Shown here: piece by piece, positions 20,215 to 32,095 of the stretch
How the letters are laid out: each line of letters starts with the position of its first letter
How positions within the stretch are numbered: the first letter of the stretch is position 1
Source of the DNA: Candidatus Latescibacterota bacterium
Lineage (GTDB): Bacteria > Latescibacterota > UBA2968 > GCA-2709665
Reading direction: 5' to 3'
Length of the DNA stretch: 64,000 nucleotides
Assembly (NCBI GenBank): GCA_965237675.1
Contig: OZ250150.1
Location: forward strand, 4,384,001 to 4,448,000
The notes under the pieces: model-generated
Told to the model about the DNA's origin: nothing
The model's input: the letters and a program-made list of their open reading frames with translations, nothing else
The model's database searches: none
Program-made: the position numbers and the translations under genes

Positions 20215-21661
20215 TATCCGGGCGCTGCCGCTGCAACTCCTGCTGAGGAGATACCCGGAGTGGGGACGGAGGCCGGTCGCAGTGGTGGAAAAAGAGAGTC
20301 CTCAGAGCCCCATCCTCTGGATGAACCCGGCGGCCGACCGGGCCGGCATCCGAACGGGAATGCGCTATGCCTCCGCCCTCTCGCTGGACCGGAACCTGTG
20401 CGCGGGAACGGTTTCCGAGAGGGAAATCCAGGCCGCGGTGCGGCAGGTCCACCGGCTTCTGGACCGTTTCAGCCCGCGGATCGAGCCCTGCGACGATGAG
20501 CCCGGGATTTTCTGGGTCGACGCCAGCGGACTCGACAAGCTCCATACCTCTCTCGAGGCCTGGGCCGGGCAGATCGACGCCCACCTCTCCCGACTGGCGT
20601 TGAAGGCCAGCATCGTCGTCGGCTTCAGCCGTTTCGGCAGCTATGCCATCGCCAAGTCGGTGAGCCGGGTGATCGTGTTCCCCTCCCCCGAGGTCGAGAA
20701 GACGGAAAGCCGCATGGTGCGGCTGCTGCATCTGAAAATCGACCCGAAGCTGCGCGACCGGCTCGAGAAGCTGGCAATTCATACCGTGAGCGACTTCCTG
20801 GAGCTTCCCGCGGGCGGCATCGCGCGTCACCTCGGCGAGCAGGCCTGGAGCCTCTACCGTTTTGCGTCGGGAACGCTGTCGCTGCCGGTTCAATCCCGAA
20901 AGATTCCCGAGCCCCTCTGCGCCCGGATGGACCTGGACGAGCCCGATTCCAATGCCCAGAGACTCCTTTTCTGGATCCGGCGGCGGCTGGATCCCCTGTT
21001 ACGGGCGGTGGCGGCAAGATGCCAGGCGGTGGCGGCCCTGCATCTGCAACTGCTGCTGGAAGACGGAGACCGTCATCGCCAGCGCATCCAGCCGGCAAGA
21101 CCGACCCTGGAGGCGCCGGTCCTGCTGGATCTGCTCCGCTTGCACTTGGAAACGGTCTCTTTCCGCGCTCCTCCGGTGGAATTGGTCCTCGAGGTGGAGG
21201 GCGTGTACGTCTCCGCCGAAACACTGAACCTGCTGCAGCAGAATCCACGCCGCAATATTGAAGCGGCCCTGGATGCCCTGGCCCGGGTTCGCGCCGAGTT
21301 CGGCCCCGATTCCGTGCTGTCGGCCCGGCTCAAATCGGGGCACCTGCCGGAAGCCCGTTTCGAGTGGCAGCCCTTCAAGAAGCTTGCCGCGGCCAACCCC
21401 CAACCGGTCCCCATGCGCCCCCTGGTGCGGCGCGTCCACGCCTGCCCCAAACTTCTGGAAGGGGCTTCCCTTCGCTATGCGAAGCACCGGAAGCCGTCGC
21501 CGGGCGTGGGGCATCCGCCGGGACATGCGATCAGTGGAGAATGGTGGCGCCGGGAAATTCGGAGAGTCTATTGGTTCGTCAAGACCCATCGGGGGGAGCG
21601 TCTCTGGATCTATTACGACCAGCAAACGCGTCGCTGGTACGCCCAGGGCCGGGTCGAGTGA
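20159..21661 (+). CDS. imuB: ImuB, inactive Y-family DNA polymerase
   Basis: [38 protein letters not shown]-terminal GEWW..RVYW..LWIYYD. Confidence 0.85.
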   Translation: MDRVGATPKSAAGRTACINIRALPLQLLLRRYPEWGRRPVAVVEKESPQSPILWMNPAADRAGIRTGMRYASALSLDRNLCAGTVSEREIQAAVRQVHRLLDRFSPRIEPCDDEPGIFWVDASGLDKLHTSLEAWAGQIDAHLSRLALKASIVVGFSRFGSYAIAKSVSRVIVFPSPEVEKTESRMVRLLHLKIDPKLRDRLEKLAIHTVSDFLELPAGGIARHLGEQAWSLYRFASGTLSLPVQSRKIPEPLCARMDLDEPDSNAQRLLFWIRRRLDPLLRAVAARCQAVAALHLQLLLEDGDRHRQRIQPARPTLEAPVLLDLLRLHLETVSFRAPPVELVLEVEGVYVSAETLNLLQQNPRRNIEAALDALARVRAEFGPDSVLSARLKSGHLPEARFEWQPFKKLAAANPQPVPMRPLVRRVHACPKLLEGASLRYAKHRKPSPGVGHPPGHAISGEWWRREIRRVYWFVKTHRGERLWIYYDQQTRRWYAQGRVE

Positions 21662-21714
21662 CCGGATCCGCCCGGCCAGGGCCGGGCGACGGGAGATCAA
21701 GAAGGACGGAAACC

Positions 21715-24700
21715 ATGAACGGACCGTTGGCTCCGGGCCGGAACGGCGCCCGGGCGCCCGTCTCCGATCCACCCTACGTCCCCCTCTGGTGTAAAAGCAA
21801 CTATTCCTTTCTGGAAGGCGCCAGCCATCCCGAGGAACTGGTCGACGCCTGCCGGCGGAACGGCCTTCCCGCCATGGCGCTCACCGACCGGAACGGCGTG
21901 TACGGGATCGTCAGGGCTCATGTTCAGGCCCGCCAGGCGGATATTCACCTGATTGCAGGATCGCAGATCGGCCTCCAGGACGGATCGGAGATCCTGTTGC
22001 TGGCCCAGCATCGGAAGGGCTACGGCAATCTCTGCCGCCTGCTGACCGACGGGCATCTGCGTTCCTCCAAGGGAGCGTGCAGGCTGAGCCTGCCGGAGGT
22101 GTGCCGTTACAATCCCGGTCTGATCGCCCTGTGGATTGGCCGGGCCGGGCCGGAAGCCCCTGCGGAGGGTGGCCCGGAGCCTGTGCTGGAACAGCTCAAA
22201 ACGGCATTCGAGGACCGCCTGTACATCCTGTTGGCCAGACACCGTCGAGCGGAGGAAATCCTTCAGGAAATTCGTCTCCGGGAACTGGCGGACCGGTTCA
22301 GCCTTCCCACCGTGGCCGCCGTGGAGGTCCTCTATCACGCTCCTGAACGGCGGCGCCTGCAGGACGTCCTGACCTGTATCCGGAAAGGCGTGACCCTGTC
22401 CACGGCGGGCCGGCGCATCCAACCGAACGACCAGCACGCCTTGAAGCGTCCGGATGACCTGACCCGCCTCTTTATAGACGATCCGGAGTCGGTCAGGCGA
22501 ACCCGGGAAATTGCCGACCGCTGTTCCTTCTCGCTCCAGGAACTGCGTTACCGCTATCCGCTGGAACGTGTGCCGGAGGGCAAAACTTCCATCCAGTACC
22601 TGCGCGATCGGACGTTCGAGGGGGCCGCCCGACGAATGGGCGAAAAGTTTCAGTACCAGATTCCACAATTGGAGAAGGAACTCGAGCTGATCCAGGAACT
22701 GGAGTACGAAGGCTACTTCCTGACCATGTACGAGGTCGTCGAGTACTGCCGCCGTGAAAAAATCCTCTGCCAGGGCCGGGGGTCGGCCGCCAACTCAGCG
22801 GTCTGCTTCGCCCTGGGGATCACCAGCGTGGATCCGACCCAGGTGGAGCTTCTTTTCGAGCGATTTCTGTCCAGGGAGAGGGCCGAACCTCCGGACATCG
22901 ACCTGGATATCGAACACAACCGCAGGGAAGAAGTGATCCAGCATGTGTACGAAAAATATGGGCGCGAACGCGCCGCGATGGTGGCCAATGTGGTCCGTTA
23001 CCGGTACCGGTCCGCCATCCGGGAAGTGGGCAAGGCGCTGGAAATTTCAGCAACCAGCCTGGACCGCCTGGCCAAGCTGGTGTCCCATGAAAACTGGAGC
23101 GATGCGTTCATTGCGCAGGCCGGGCTCGATCCCCGGAACCCGGCCCTGCGCCATCTCGCTTCTCTGGTAGAAGAGATTCAGGATTTTCCCCGCCATCTCT
23201 CCATACATCCCGGCGGCTTTCTGCTGGGCCATCGTCCCGTCCACGAACTGGTGCCCATCGAGAACGCCACCATGGATGGCAGAACGGTCATTCAATGGGA
23301 TAAGGAGGACGTGGAGCAGGCCGGTCTGTTCAAGGTGGACCTGCTGGGACTGGGCGCCCTCACCCATCTGCATCTCTGCTTCGATCTCCTGCGGCGGCAC
23401 CGCGGGCAGGACCTGTCTCTGGCCACCCTGCCCCGGGGCGATGCGGCGACCTTCGAGATGATCTGCCGCAGCGATACCGTGGGGGTATTTCAGATCGAAA
23501 GCAGGGCGCAGATGGCCATGCTGGGGCGCCTCAGACCCCGCAGTTATTACGACCTGGTGATCGAGATCAGCATTGTGCGTCCCGGACCCATCACGGGCGG
23601 CATGGTGCATCCCTATCTGCGACGGCGCAACGGGGACGAAGAAGTCGAATATCCCCATCCTTCCCTCGTTCCCGTTCTGAAAAAAACCCTGGGCATTCCT
23701 CTGTTTCAGGAGCAGGTGATGCAACTGGCCATGGTTGCGGCCGACTACACCCCCGGCGAGGCCGATCAGCTCCGGCGGGACATGGCGGCGTGGCGACGTT
23801 CCGGACGCATCGAGCGTCACCATAGCCGCCTCGTCACCCGCATGGTCAAAAAGGGCATCGAACACGAATTCGCCGAACGCATCTTCAATCAGATCCGCGG
23901 CTTCGGCGACTACGGCTTTCCCGAGAGCCACGCCGCCAGCTTTGCCCATATCGCCTATGCCACCGCCTATCTCAAATGCCACTATCCGGCGGCGTTCGTC
24001 TGCGCCCTGCTGAATGCCCAGCCGATGGGATTTTACGAGCCCGCTACCATCGTCAACGACGCCCGGAGGCACGGGATCGCCGTGCGGCCCGTCTGCCTGC
24101 GCGAAAGCGACTGGGACTGCACCCTGGAGCCGGCCCGATCCCGCGCCTCGCCCGCTCCGTTCGCCGTGCGCATGGGGCTGCGTTACGTCAGCGGGCTGGG
24201 CGATGCGGACGGACGCCGCCTCTCGACTGCCGCGAGGGAGCGCTCTTTTCGGGATCTCGAAGACGTCGCCCGGCGCAGCGGGCTTCGCCAGGACAAGCTG
24301 GAGGCCCTGGCCGAGGCGGGCGCCTTCGAGTGTTTCGGCCTGGACCGGCGCGGCGCGCTCTGGCAGATCCACGGTATCGCAACCCCGCAAGAGCCCGTGC
24401 TGTCATTGAACAGCCGCGCTTCGCAGCCCCGGTTTCCTCCCCTGAGTGGATTGGAAACCGTTGTCTGGGACCATCAGGCCGCCGACCACAGCACGCGGGG
24501 GCACCTTCTGAAACCGCTGCGTTCCGCGCTGGCCGCCCAGGGACTGCCCACGGCGCGCCAGATCAACCGGATGCAGGACGGACACCGGGTTTGCTACGCG
24601 GGGATGGTCATCTGCCGCCAGCGCCCGGGAACCGCAAAAGGCGTCACTTTCATGACCCTGGAGGATGAGACGGGTTTTGTGAACCTGGTTATCTGGGAAA

Positions 24701-24864
24701 GGACGTTCAAGCGCTATTCCCTGCTGGCCAAAACGCTTTCCTGCATGGGCGTAACCGGAACGCTGCATGTAGGAGAGGGCGTAACCCACCTGGTGGTTGA
24801 AAAAATCTGGAAGCCGAAGCTGGATACCGGGGCGGTCCAGGCCAAGAGCCGGGATTTTCATTGA
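21715..24864 (+). CDS. dnaE2: Error-prone DNA polymerase DnaE2 (ImuC)
   Basis: [54 protein letters not shown]-terminal SRDFH. Confidence 0.97.
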   Translation: MNGPLAPGRNGARAPVSDPPYVPLWCKSNYSFLEGASHPEELVDACRRNGLPAMALTDRNGVYGIVRAHVQARQADIHLIAGSQIGLQDGSEILLLAQHRKGYGNLCRLLTDGHLRSSKGACRLSLPEVCRYNPGLIALWIGRAGPEAPAEGGPEPVLEQLKTAFEDRLYILLARHRRAEEILQEIRLRELADRFSLPTVAAVEVLYHAPERRRLQDVLTCIRKGVTLSTAGRRIQPNDQHALKRPDDLTRLFIDDPESVRRTREIADRCSFSLQELRYRYPLERVPEGKTSIQYLRDRTFEGAARRMGEKFQYQIPQLEKELELIQELEYEGYFLTMYEVVEYCRREKILCQGRGSAANSAVCFALGITSVDPTQVELLFERFLSRERAEPPDIDLDIEHNRREEVIQHVYEKYGRERAAMVANVVRYRYRSAIREVGKALEISATSLDRLAKLVSHENWSDAFIAQAGLDPRNPALRHLASLVEEIQDFPRHLSIHPGGFLLGHRPVHELVPIENATMDGRTVIQWDKEDVEQAGLFKVDLLGLGALTHLHLCFDLLRRHRGQDLSLATLPRGDAATFEMICRSDTVGVFQIESRAQMAMLGRLRPRSYYDLVIEISIVRPGPITGGMVHPYLRRRNGDEEVEYPHPSLVPVLKKTLGIPLFQEQVMQLAMVAADYTPGEADQLRRDMAAWRRSGRIERHHSRLVTRMVKKGIEHEFAERIFNQIRGFGDYGFPESHAASFAHIAYATAYLKCHYPAAFVCALLNAQPMGFYEPATIVNDARRHGIAVRPVCLRESDWDCTLEPARSRASPAPFAVRMGLRYVSGLGDADGRRLSTAARERSFRDLEDVARRSGLRQDKLEALAEAGAFECFGLDRRGALWQIHGIATPQEPVLSLNSRASQPRFPPLSGLETVVWDHQAADHSTRGHLLKPLRSALAAQGLPTARQINRMQDGHRVCYAGMVICRQRPGTAKGVTFMTLEDETGFVNLVIWERTFKRYSLLAKTLSCMGVTGTLHVGEGVTHLVVEKIWKPKLDTGAVQAKSRDFH

Positions 24865-25022
24865 CACCATTTCCCGGAAGGCCGAAATTGCACGGTGCAG
24901 GCGACGCGCCGAAAACCGCATCCCAATCCCCGACCCGGCCCTCGAGGCCCCTGCCGCCGCCGGCTCGAACACCCGGAGGGCGTTGCGGGGTTGCCAACAC
25001 GACAAACGGAGGAGATGATCCT

Positions 25023-25709
25023 ATGTGCGGGCGTTTCACCCAGATGATGACCTGGCACGAACTCCACGAGCTTTACACGCTGGCTGAACCCGTGGCGCCG
25101 CCACACATGCAACCTCGCTACAACGGCGCGCCGACCCAGGACTTCGCCGTGTGCCTGCCGGACGAAAACGGCAACCGGGCGATCGCCAGGCTCCGATGGG
25201 GCCTGGTGCCCTCGTGGGCTAAAGACATCAGAATGGGCGCGCGCATGATCAACGCGCGGGCCGAGACCGTCCACGAGAAACCGGCATTCGGCTCCGCATT
25301 CCGCTCGCGGCGGTGCCTGGTGCCGGCCGACGGCTGGTTCGAGTGGCAGCGGGCGGGCCACGGCAAACAGCCCTACTTCCTGGCGCTCGCGGACGGATCG
25401 CCGCTCTCGTTCGCCGCTCTGTGGGAACGCTGGGACAAAGGCGGCGAATCCCTCCAGACCTTTACGATCATCACCACCGACGCCGACCCGCCGCTTGCGG
25501 ACATCCACCACCGGCAACCGGCCATCATCAATCCCGAACATTTTTCGGTCTGGCTCGACCCCGCAACATCCGCGGACACGCTCCTCGACCTGGCCCGCAA
25601 ACCCCGCGCGGGGCCGTACGAAGTCCGCGCCGTCAGCACCCGCGTAAACAGCGCCCGTAACGACGACCCGGATATCCTCACGCCCATGTCCCAACAGCGA
25701 CTGTTCTGA
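25023..25709 (+). CDS. SOS response-associated peptidase (SRAP, YedK/HMCES family)
   Basis: MCGRF N-terminus, RWGLVPSW, INARAET, RRCLVPADGWFEW, IHHRQP. Confidence 0.95.
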   Translation: MCGRFTQMMTWHELHELYTLAEPVAPPHMQPRYNGAPTQDFAVCLPDENGNRAIARLRWGLVPSWAKDIRMGARMINARAETVHEKPAFGSAFRSRRCLVPADGWFEWQRAGHGKQPYFLALADGSPLSFAALWERWDKGGESLQTFTIITTDADPPLADIHHRQPAIINPEHFSVWLDPATSADTLLDLARKPRAGPYEVRAVSTRVNSARNDDPDILTPMSQQRLF

Positions 25710-25886
25710 GCTGAACGAGGAATATCACTTACTGTAAAAAAGGCAGGCTGCGCTGTGAATTGGATGCCGGACGAGTAATCCGTTCCGGCGTTGCCGGCTT
25801 CCCTCGTCAATAATGTGCCCTACCGGTACTCTGAATGCAGATGCAATACGTAAGGCAAAAAATATCAATCATATATAACGAATGAT

Positions 25887-25914
25887 AAATAGAGGTCGAT
25901 ACAGACCTCTATTT
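25887..25914. repeat. Perfect 11-bp inverted repeat in an AT-rich intergenic patch
   Basis: AAATAGAGGTC-gataca-GACCTCTATTT. Confidence 0.7.
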
Positions 25915-26071
25915 TAGTTTTAAGTTGACCCGAAACATAACGGGTTGTATATAAGAGACGATTGGATCGACGATCTATCCGCACTCCGGCTCTCACCTCC
26001 CCATTCACAATCTTCCGACTCCTGAGGACAGGCCGAACCGACTCCCTCCGCTCTCTCCGTAGGTGTCCGAC

Positions 26072-27174
26072 ATGGCGAAAACGTGCGTAGTTGCGGCAAT
26101 AATCGTCTGCATGTGTACGGACACATGCCCGGCGTACCGGCTCGTGGGGTCGGAAGCATTGTCAGACGCGCTCGTCGCCCATCACTATACCATCAATGCC
26201 AACCTGGACGCCGTCATCGTGGTAGAGAAGACGCAAAGAGGAAGTTACAAAAATCCTACGAAAAATCCGTACAGGCCGGCGATCATAGTCTCTTGAGAAA
26301 CTACGCGCTTGCACGGACGGTGGGAGTGCGGAGATGGTTTTCGCGCGAAGCAATGAAGCAAATCACTCTGGAGGACGTCAGGCAGTATTGCGGAGGGTTT
26401 CTGAATGCAGAGGTGGTTTTCTTCAAGGCAATCTCGGACCTCGACTCCACGGAGGTGGAGGCGTCACTTGGTCCAATTAAGGAAGATAGTCGGCTCGGCG
26501 GTTTTGTGTGGTCGCCGCCAACTCGGGAAAACGACGGTCTTCCGGGTCATCACGCATTTGTGTTTGAGCATTACTCCCATCTGAAAAACGTCTACGGTCA
26601 CTGGCTCATCCCATGTGGTACGGTCGGCGAGGACAACTACGTTCCCAATATGGTTTCCTGGACGCTTGGGCGCGGCGGCAGCCGCGGCTTGCTCGATGAA
26701 TATTTGCGAGAAGAGTTGGGATTGGTCTACAGTACTTCCTGCTCATATCGAAGAGAAGATGACGTCAGGTTTCTTGAGATTTCAGCTGATCCGCGGCTCG
26801 AAAACAGCGAGGAACTGATAACGAAAATGCACGAGTTGATTGTCGGACTTGCCGACAAACCCTATTTCTGGGGGTCGATCGCCGAGTTGCGGGAAAACCC
26901 GGACGTCATCGAAGCTCATACACACGGCGAATTGACACCGCAGCGCAAACTTTACCGCGAGGCGGACCGAGCCATCTACAACTTCCCGAGCCGGGAAGGC
27001 GGATTCAAAGCCGTCACCGACGCCGAGATTCGGTCGTTTATCCAGAAATACTTTGTGGAACAAAATTTAGTCATGTTGTTTTTAGGACCGAAGGATCACA
27101 TTGTCGAAATGCTGAAGAAACACTGGCCTGAAGTCGAAATTCACCTGCAGACCACAGAAAGTGTCATCGAATAG
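26072..27174 (+). pseudogene. M16 (insulinase-like) peptidase remnant: signal peptide in one frame, C-terminal domains in another
   Basis: ITLEDVRQY, LDEYLREELGLVYS, AVTDAEIRSFIQKYF; no HxxEH; out-of-frame junction near 26220. Confidence 0.6.
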
Positions 27175-27207
27175 CTTCGCGCCCATTCGCGCACCCCGAC
27201 CATATCC

Positions 27208-28590
27208 ATGACCCGCCCCTTGTCGCCCCCCCACCTCGATCCGACCCCCTCCAATCAGGCGCCGGTCCTTCCCCTGGTCTGGGCGATCGCATGGCCGGTG
27301 GTCGTCGCGTCAATGCTCGACGCCATGGAGGGGCTTGTCGATATTTTCATGGTGGGGCAACTGGGTCCGGCCGCGATATCGGCGGTGGGACTCAGCCGGC
27401 AGATCCTGTTTCTGACGATGGTCATGGCGATATCGGTCAGCACCGGATCGCGCACACTTGTCGCGCAGCTTTACGGAGCCGGGCGCCATGCCGATCTCAG
27501 CAATACAGCGCAACACGCCATCGTGATGGGGATCCTGCTGTCCGCGGGCCTGGCCCTTGTGGGGAGCGCGGTCGCCCGGCCGGCGTTGGTCCTGCTGGGC
27601 GCGCAGCACGACGTGCTCGCCCACGCCGTGCCGTTCCTCCGCATGTACTTTGTCGGCATCGTCTTCATGATGCCCAATTTTATCATCGGCGGAATTTTCG
27701 GCGGCGCCGGGGATACCCGGACGCCGTTGAAGATTTCGTGTCTCATCATCTGTCTGAAAATTCCGCTCACCTACGGCCTGATTTTCGGGGCATGGGGTCT
27801 GCCCCAACTGGGCGTGACCGGAGCAGCCCTCGGCAGTATCGTCTCACGGGCCGTGGGCTGCATCGTCGGGGTCTCACTGCTTACGTCCGGCCGCTCGCGG
27901 GTCCATATGCGGTGGAATTGGCGCCTGCCTATCAACCGGGACATTATCGGGCGAATGATGCGGATCGGGGTTCCCGCTGGCATTCAGGGGTTTTTCCGAA
28001 ACGGCGCCCGCGTTCTGATCTATCGTGTCGTGGGGTGGACGAGCCGGCCCACCGCCGCAACGGCCGCGCTGACCATCGGCCTGCAGATGCGAATGATCGG
28101 CATCATGCCGGCCCTGGCGTTTTCCGTATCGGCAACCGCGCTGGTTGGACAACGATTGGGCGCGAGGCAGATACGCGAGGCCGAGCGCTTCGCCGCAAAT
28201 ACAATCCGGCTCGGCATGACGTTCATCACCGTCTGCGCCATCGTCATCTGCGTCTTCGCCCGGGAGATCGTCGACCTGTTCACGGATTCCGCGGCGGTCA
28301 TCGAAATGGGATACATTATGCTCTTGTATTTCACCATCGCCCAGGTCTTCTCCGCGTTGTCCATTGTCGCCGGGGGCGTACTGGCCGGCGGCGGCGAGAC
28401 CAGGCCCCTCCTCTACTATACGATTGTGGCGCAGTGGCTGGTTATGCTGCCGCTCTCCTACGTCCTGGCGTTTCTTTTGGGTCTGGATGTCGCGGGTATC
28501 TGGATCGCCTGGCTCATCGGCGGCGTCGCACAGGGCATTCTTGCCTGGGCCCGTTACCTTAAGGGCGCATGGAAACAGACTCTGATATAA
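27208..28590 (+). CDS. MATE-family efflux transporter
   Basis: VDIFMVGQLG, GAGDTRTPL, GLPQLGVTGAAL, LVGQRLGA; about 12 TM helices. Confidence 0.93.
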   Translation: MTRPLSPPHLDPTPSNQAPVLPLVWAIAWPVVVASMLDAMEGLVDIFMVGQLGPAAISAVGLSRQILFLTMVMAISVSTGSRTLVAQLYGAGRHADLSNTAQHAIVMGILLSAGLALVGSAVARPALVLLGAQHDVLAHAVPFLRMYFVGIVFMMPNFIIGGIFGGAGDTRTPLKISCLIICLKIPLTYGLIFGAWGLPQLGVTGAALGSIVSRAVGCIVGVSLLTSGRSRVHMRWNWRLPINRDIIGRMMRIGVPAGIQGFFRNGARVLIYRVVGWTSRPTAATAALTIGLQMRMIGIMPALAFSVSATALVGQRLGARQIREAERFAANTIRLGMTFITVCAIVICVFAREIVDLFTDSAAVIEMGYIMLLYFTIAQVFSALSIVAGGVLAGGGETRPLLYYTIVAQWLVMLPLSYVLAFLLGLDVAGIWIAWLIGGVAQGILAWARYLKGAWKQTLI

Positions 28591-28647
28591 GGTTCTGTCC
28601 GGGAAATAGATCGCCGAAATTCGGATGACGCGTCGAGCAGCTGGCAT

Positions 28648-28778
28648 CCTTCGACAGGCTCAGGAACCGGCGCCTGAGCCATGAGCCGCTCCCTGAGCTT
28701 GTCGAAGGGTCGGCGAAGGGCGTTGAAGAGCACCCAACAGGTTACGAAACGCGGGCATTTCGACAAGCTCAATGACCA
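28648..28778. repeat. Palindromic dispersed repeat (TTCGACAAGCTCA family), copy 1
   Basis: CCTTCGACAGGCTCAGG ... CCTGAGCTTGTCGAAGG hairpin plus a third arm TTCGACAAGCTCA; related copy at 49183-49285. Confidence 0.75.
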
Positions 28779-29055
28779 CGTTTCGAATAGCCGTTTCCAC
28801 AGCCTCACCACAGTCAGCGAAGGGAACGTAACGAGGCGGGATGAATCGGCGGCTGCATGGTGACATATTTCCGGGACGGGATACTCGTGCAGACGATGCG
28901 GCGTGGCGAAGACGAGGTATCGGGCGAGGATTCTGGGGATTCGGTTTGATGCAGATGAGCAGACAAGAATGTCCGCTCCACCCTTTCGATATCTTGTTCG
29001 AGGGATCGCTCGAGCGTATCAACCATTTGAGAGTAAGGCGACTTAGAGCCTCGAT

Positions 29056-29610
29056 CTATGAAAATCCGTCGCCACGAAGTTGCTTCAGTTTCTTTCCCAT
29101 CTCCTCGATGCCTGGGGCGTTGCCCACGTGCCGGTACAACTGGTGGGCCTCTTCGAAAACCCGCAGTGCCTCCTCGCTTTTGCCGACACACTCCAGAAGC
29201 ATGCCGAAGCCCCGAAGCGCATTTGCCAGCGAGTGCGTCGGCGTTGGGTCGAGATCGCGGTACATCTGTATTGCCGACCGGTAATCACGCTCCGCGCTGT
29301 GCCAATCCGGAAGATCCCGGCGAACATCCGCGACGTGACGGAGCGAATGGGCGATCTTTTCGGAATGGTTTCCGGCCACGTAGTGGTTGTAACCCTCCAG
29401 GTACAGGTGGAGGGCCCGCTCGGTGTTCCCCCGATCCCTCTCGAACTGCCCGTAGACGTGTGCTACCCTGCCCAGGGATTCGTGGTCGTCTTCACGGCAC
29501 AGATTCACCGCCTCGGCCACCAACCTTCTGCCCCTTTCATAATCCGCATCCCCCCTCGTTTTCCATGCCTCGTTCAGCAACTGAGCGATCCTCTGTTCTC
29601 TTGACACCAT
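29056..29610 (-). CDS. Tetratricopeptide repeat protein
   Basis: Helical TPR-like units (AHSLRHVADV, ANALRGFGML..EEALRVFEEAHQLY). Confidence 0.75.
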   Translation of the reverse strand: MVSREQRIAQLLNEAWKTRGDADYERGRRLVAEAVNLCREDDHESLGRVAHVYGQFERDRGNTERALHLYLEGYNHYVAGNHSEKIAHSLRHVADVRRDLPDWHSAERDYRSAIQMYRDLDPTPTHSLANALRGFGMLLECVGKSEEALRVFEEAHQLYRHVGNAPGIEEMGKKLKQLRGDGFS

Positions 29611-29697
29611 GTCACTTTCTATCTGTCGATTGCCGACCGCGCATGGTTGCGCCGGGCAACGTTCAACATCTTGTATTGCGCTATGCACCGCGCAGGG

Positions 29698-30453
29698 CTA
29701 CCGCTTCTTTGGCGTGTAGAACAACAGGGTACCGATCCGTTCGTATCCAATTGAGGTATACAGCAATGCGCCCGTGTGGGTCGCTGTTAAAACGGCCATT
29801 TGCGAACCATTTGACCGGTCATCGCGGAGCATCCGGCACATCAGCGCCCGGCCGATCCCCCGACGCCGCGCCGAGGAAACGACGTGCATGTTCGAACACC
29901 ACGTTGCCGAGTCCACCTCGATGCTTTGAACCCATCCCGCGGGCTCGCCGTTCTCGAGCGCGACGTACTGCCGCAACGGAGAGTCAGGTGAAAGATGTTC
30001 CGACAGGGTCTGTCTGACCCGGGTGGCTTTGTTCAGCCTGTCGGCCATTTCGGCGGTGACGACCCGGTCTATGGATAGTGGGTCCACAACACGGGGGATG
30101 CGCCGCAATCGATGCACCATGACGGCTTCTGTTGTATTCAGGCGGTAGTTGAGCGCCTTGAAATCCGCCCGCATCCCGGCGTCGGACTCCCCTGTCGCGC
30201 AGATCGCGCAAATGCCGAACTGCCCACGGGTGCTCTTCCTGGCCACGCGGTCGATCTCTCCGGCATCGACGCCATGAGCGATCCACTCCTCGCGACGGTA
30301 CGCGCCGCGTTCTCTCGGAGCATCCCGGACCACCCAGATCGGGCCCTCCCGACTTGCCAGGTAGGGATGCGTGAAACTCCTTGTAAAACAGTAACCGCGG
30401 GCGAAAACCTCCAGCGCCTTCTGCATGCGCGCGTAATCGGGCATCGTGTTCAT
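29698..30453 (-). CDS. GNAT-family N-acetyltransferase
   Basis: ARRRGIGRAL acetyl-CoA motif; GALLYTSIGY. Confidence 0.85.
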   Translation of the reverse strand: MNTMPDYARMQKALEVFARGYCFTRSFTHPYLASREGPIWVVRDAPRERGAYRREEWIAHGVDAGEIDRVARKSTRGQFGICAICATGESDAGMRADFKALNYRLNTTEAVMVHRLRRIPRVVDPLSIDRVVTAEMADRLNKATRVRQTLSEHLSPDSPLRQYVALENGEPAGWVQSIEVDSATWCSNMHVVSSARRRGIGRALMCRMLRDDRSNGSQMAVLTATHTGALLYTSIGYERIGTLLFYTPKKR

Positions 30454-30573
30454 TCTCCCTTAATTCGCAATGACGTTTAAGAAGGCGATGTCCAGGATCC
30501 GTGAAAATTCAACTGGACAGAGGGCCGGACGCCTCATAGTTTTCGTCGACGGCAAACAGGCACAGGGTCCAGT

Positions 30574-31101
30574 GTGGAGGCGCAAATGATCAGCTGCGTG
30601 CACGCGATGTCCTATTCCACCGACGGCGATCCACAACTCCGCGCGGGCGATCGACTGGGCGTCGTCTCCGACTCCCACGGACTCATCAGGCCGCAGGTAC
30701 TGGAACTGCTGCAGGGCGTCCGCCTGATTATCCATGCAGGCGACGTGGGGAAGATTTCGGTACTGGAGCAATTGGAACGCATCTCGCCGGTGTACGCCGT
30801 CCGCGGAAACGTCGACCTGGATCCACCCTGCAGCGACCTGCCCGAAAGACTCGTGCTGCGCGCCGGAAGGCAGTGGATGCTCGTGACACACATCCTTGAC
30901 GACGCGGATGCCGCGGGTTTCGATCTTGTGGTGTGCGGCCATTCTCACATGCCGAAAATAAGCACCTTGGGATCGGCTTGCTGCCTGAATCCCGGTAGCA
31001 TCGGGCCCCGCCGTTTTCGGCTTCCAGTATCCATGGGGTACATCACCATCTCCCCCCAGGATGCGCTTATTCCCGAACTGCGAACCGTAGAGATAGAATA
31101 G
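30574..31101 (+). CDS. Metallophosphoesterase (YfcE-like)
   Basis: VSDSHG, IHAGD, VRGNVD, GHSH, NPGS motifs; start uncertain. Confidence 0.9.
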   Translation: MEAQMISCVHAMSYSTDGDPQLRAGDRLGVVSDSHGLIRPQVLELLQGVRLIIHAGDVGKISVLEQLERISPVYAVRGNVDLDPPCSDLPERLVLRAGRQWMLVTHILDDADAAGFDLVVCGHSHMPKISTLGSACCLNPGSIGPRRFRLPVSMGYITISPQDALIPELRTVEIE

Positions 31102-31102
31102 C

Positions 31103-31959
31103 CATGCACCGGATGACCTGAAGATACGAAAGCCGGTCGATGACCCGTAGACAATTCCGGGCCTGGAAGCCCTCGCGAACGAACTCATCGAAGCCGTTCG
31201 CACGCGCGACTACCAGAAAACCGCGCAGCTTGTCCACAGTGCTCCCGAACGCGTAAACTTCAGCAATGCCAACGGCACCACAGCCCTTCACAAGGCGGTT
31301 GCGGCCGGCGACTTCCATTCGGTGCGCCTGCTCCTGGACAACGGGGCCGACATTCAAGCCCAGGCCGACACGGGCTTCAGCGCGGGACAGAGTGCCGATC
31401 TCCATCGCATCGCGCCGGGGACATCAAGAAATCGTGGGACTCCTGCTCGAACGACCTGAAGGGCGTCGAAGACTTACTGAAACGAAATCCGAAGGAGATC
31501 GAGAACGCGAATCTCGGCAATCCCGCGCGACGTGGAAGGCTGGCTATGGTTAAACTGCTCGTGAAATACGGCTCCGCCGTCGCCAATGCGAACCACGGCA
31601 CGTTCTACCGTGTATATGAAACGGCGAGATACTTCCTCGAGAACGGGGCGGATCCCAATTACAGGAACTGGCTGGGAATCTCCTCGCTGTATCTGATCGC
31701 GGACGAGGGTGACGTGGACCGGGCAGGGCTGCTACTGGACTTCGGAGCGGAAATAAACGCATTGGAACCCGAGTACTGCGCCACGGCCCTGGGGCTGGCG
31801 AGCAGAGCCGCCCACCGGGAAATGGTCGAGTTTCTCCTGGCGCTCGGAGCGGACCCGAACCTTCCGAAGGAAGAGCCCCGGGCTACACCCCTCGCCTGGG
31901 CGGTAAAGAAAGGACACGCCGAAATCGCCCGGATCTTGCGAAGACACGGCGCCACGTAG
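31103..31959 (+). pseudogene. Fragmented ankyrin repeat gene
   Basis: ANK fragments in several frames (GTTALHKAV..LLLDNGAD; ASRRGHQEIV; ORF 31546-31959). Confidence 0.7.
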
Positions 31960-32095
31960 CGGGTTGATACTGGCCGGTTCAAAAGGGCGAAGGCGCGTTA
32001 CCGAATGCCTGGACGACCGGACGTGGGCCCCACTGCCGCACGGTCATGCGTTCGTTCTTGCAACGGACCCCACCGCGGCCGGTCCTTTCCTCGCG

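Noticed and set aside
21364-21714. 117-aa N-terminal extension of DnaE2 in the ORF track
   Set aside because: Overlaps imuB; an ATG with a plausible RBS at 21715 precedes the conserved PHP start.
28840-29040. Possible TetR C-terminal remnant (PRILARYLV)
   Set aside because: Too short and spread over frames to support by eye.
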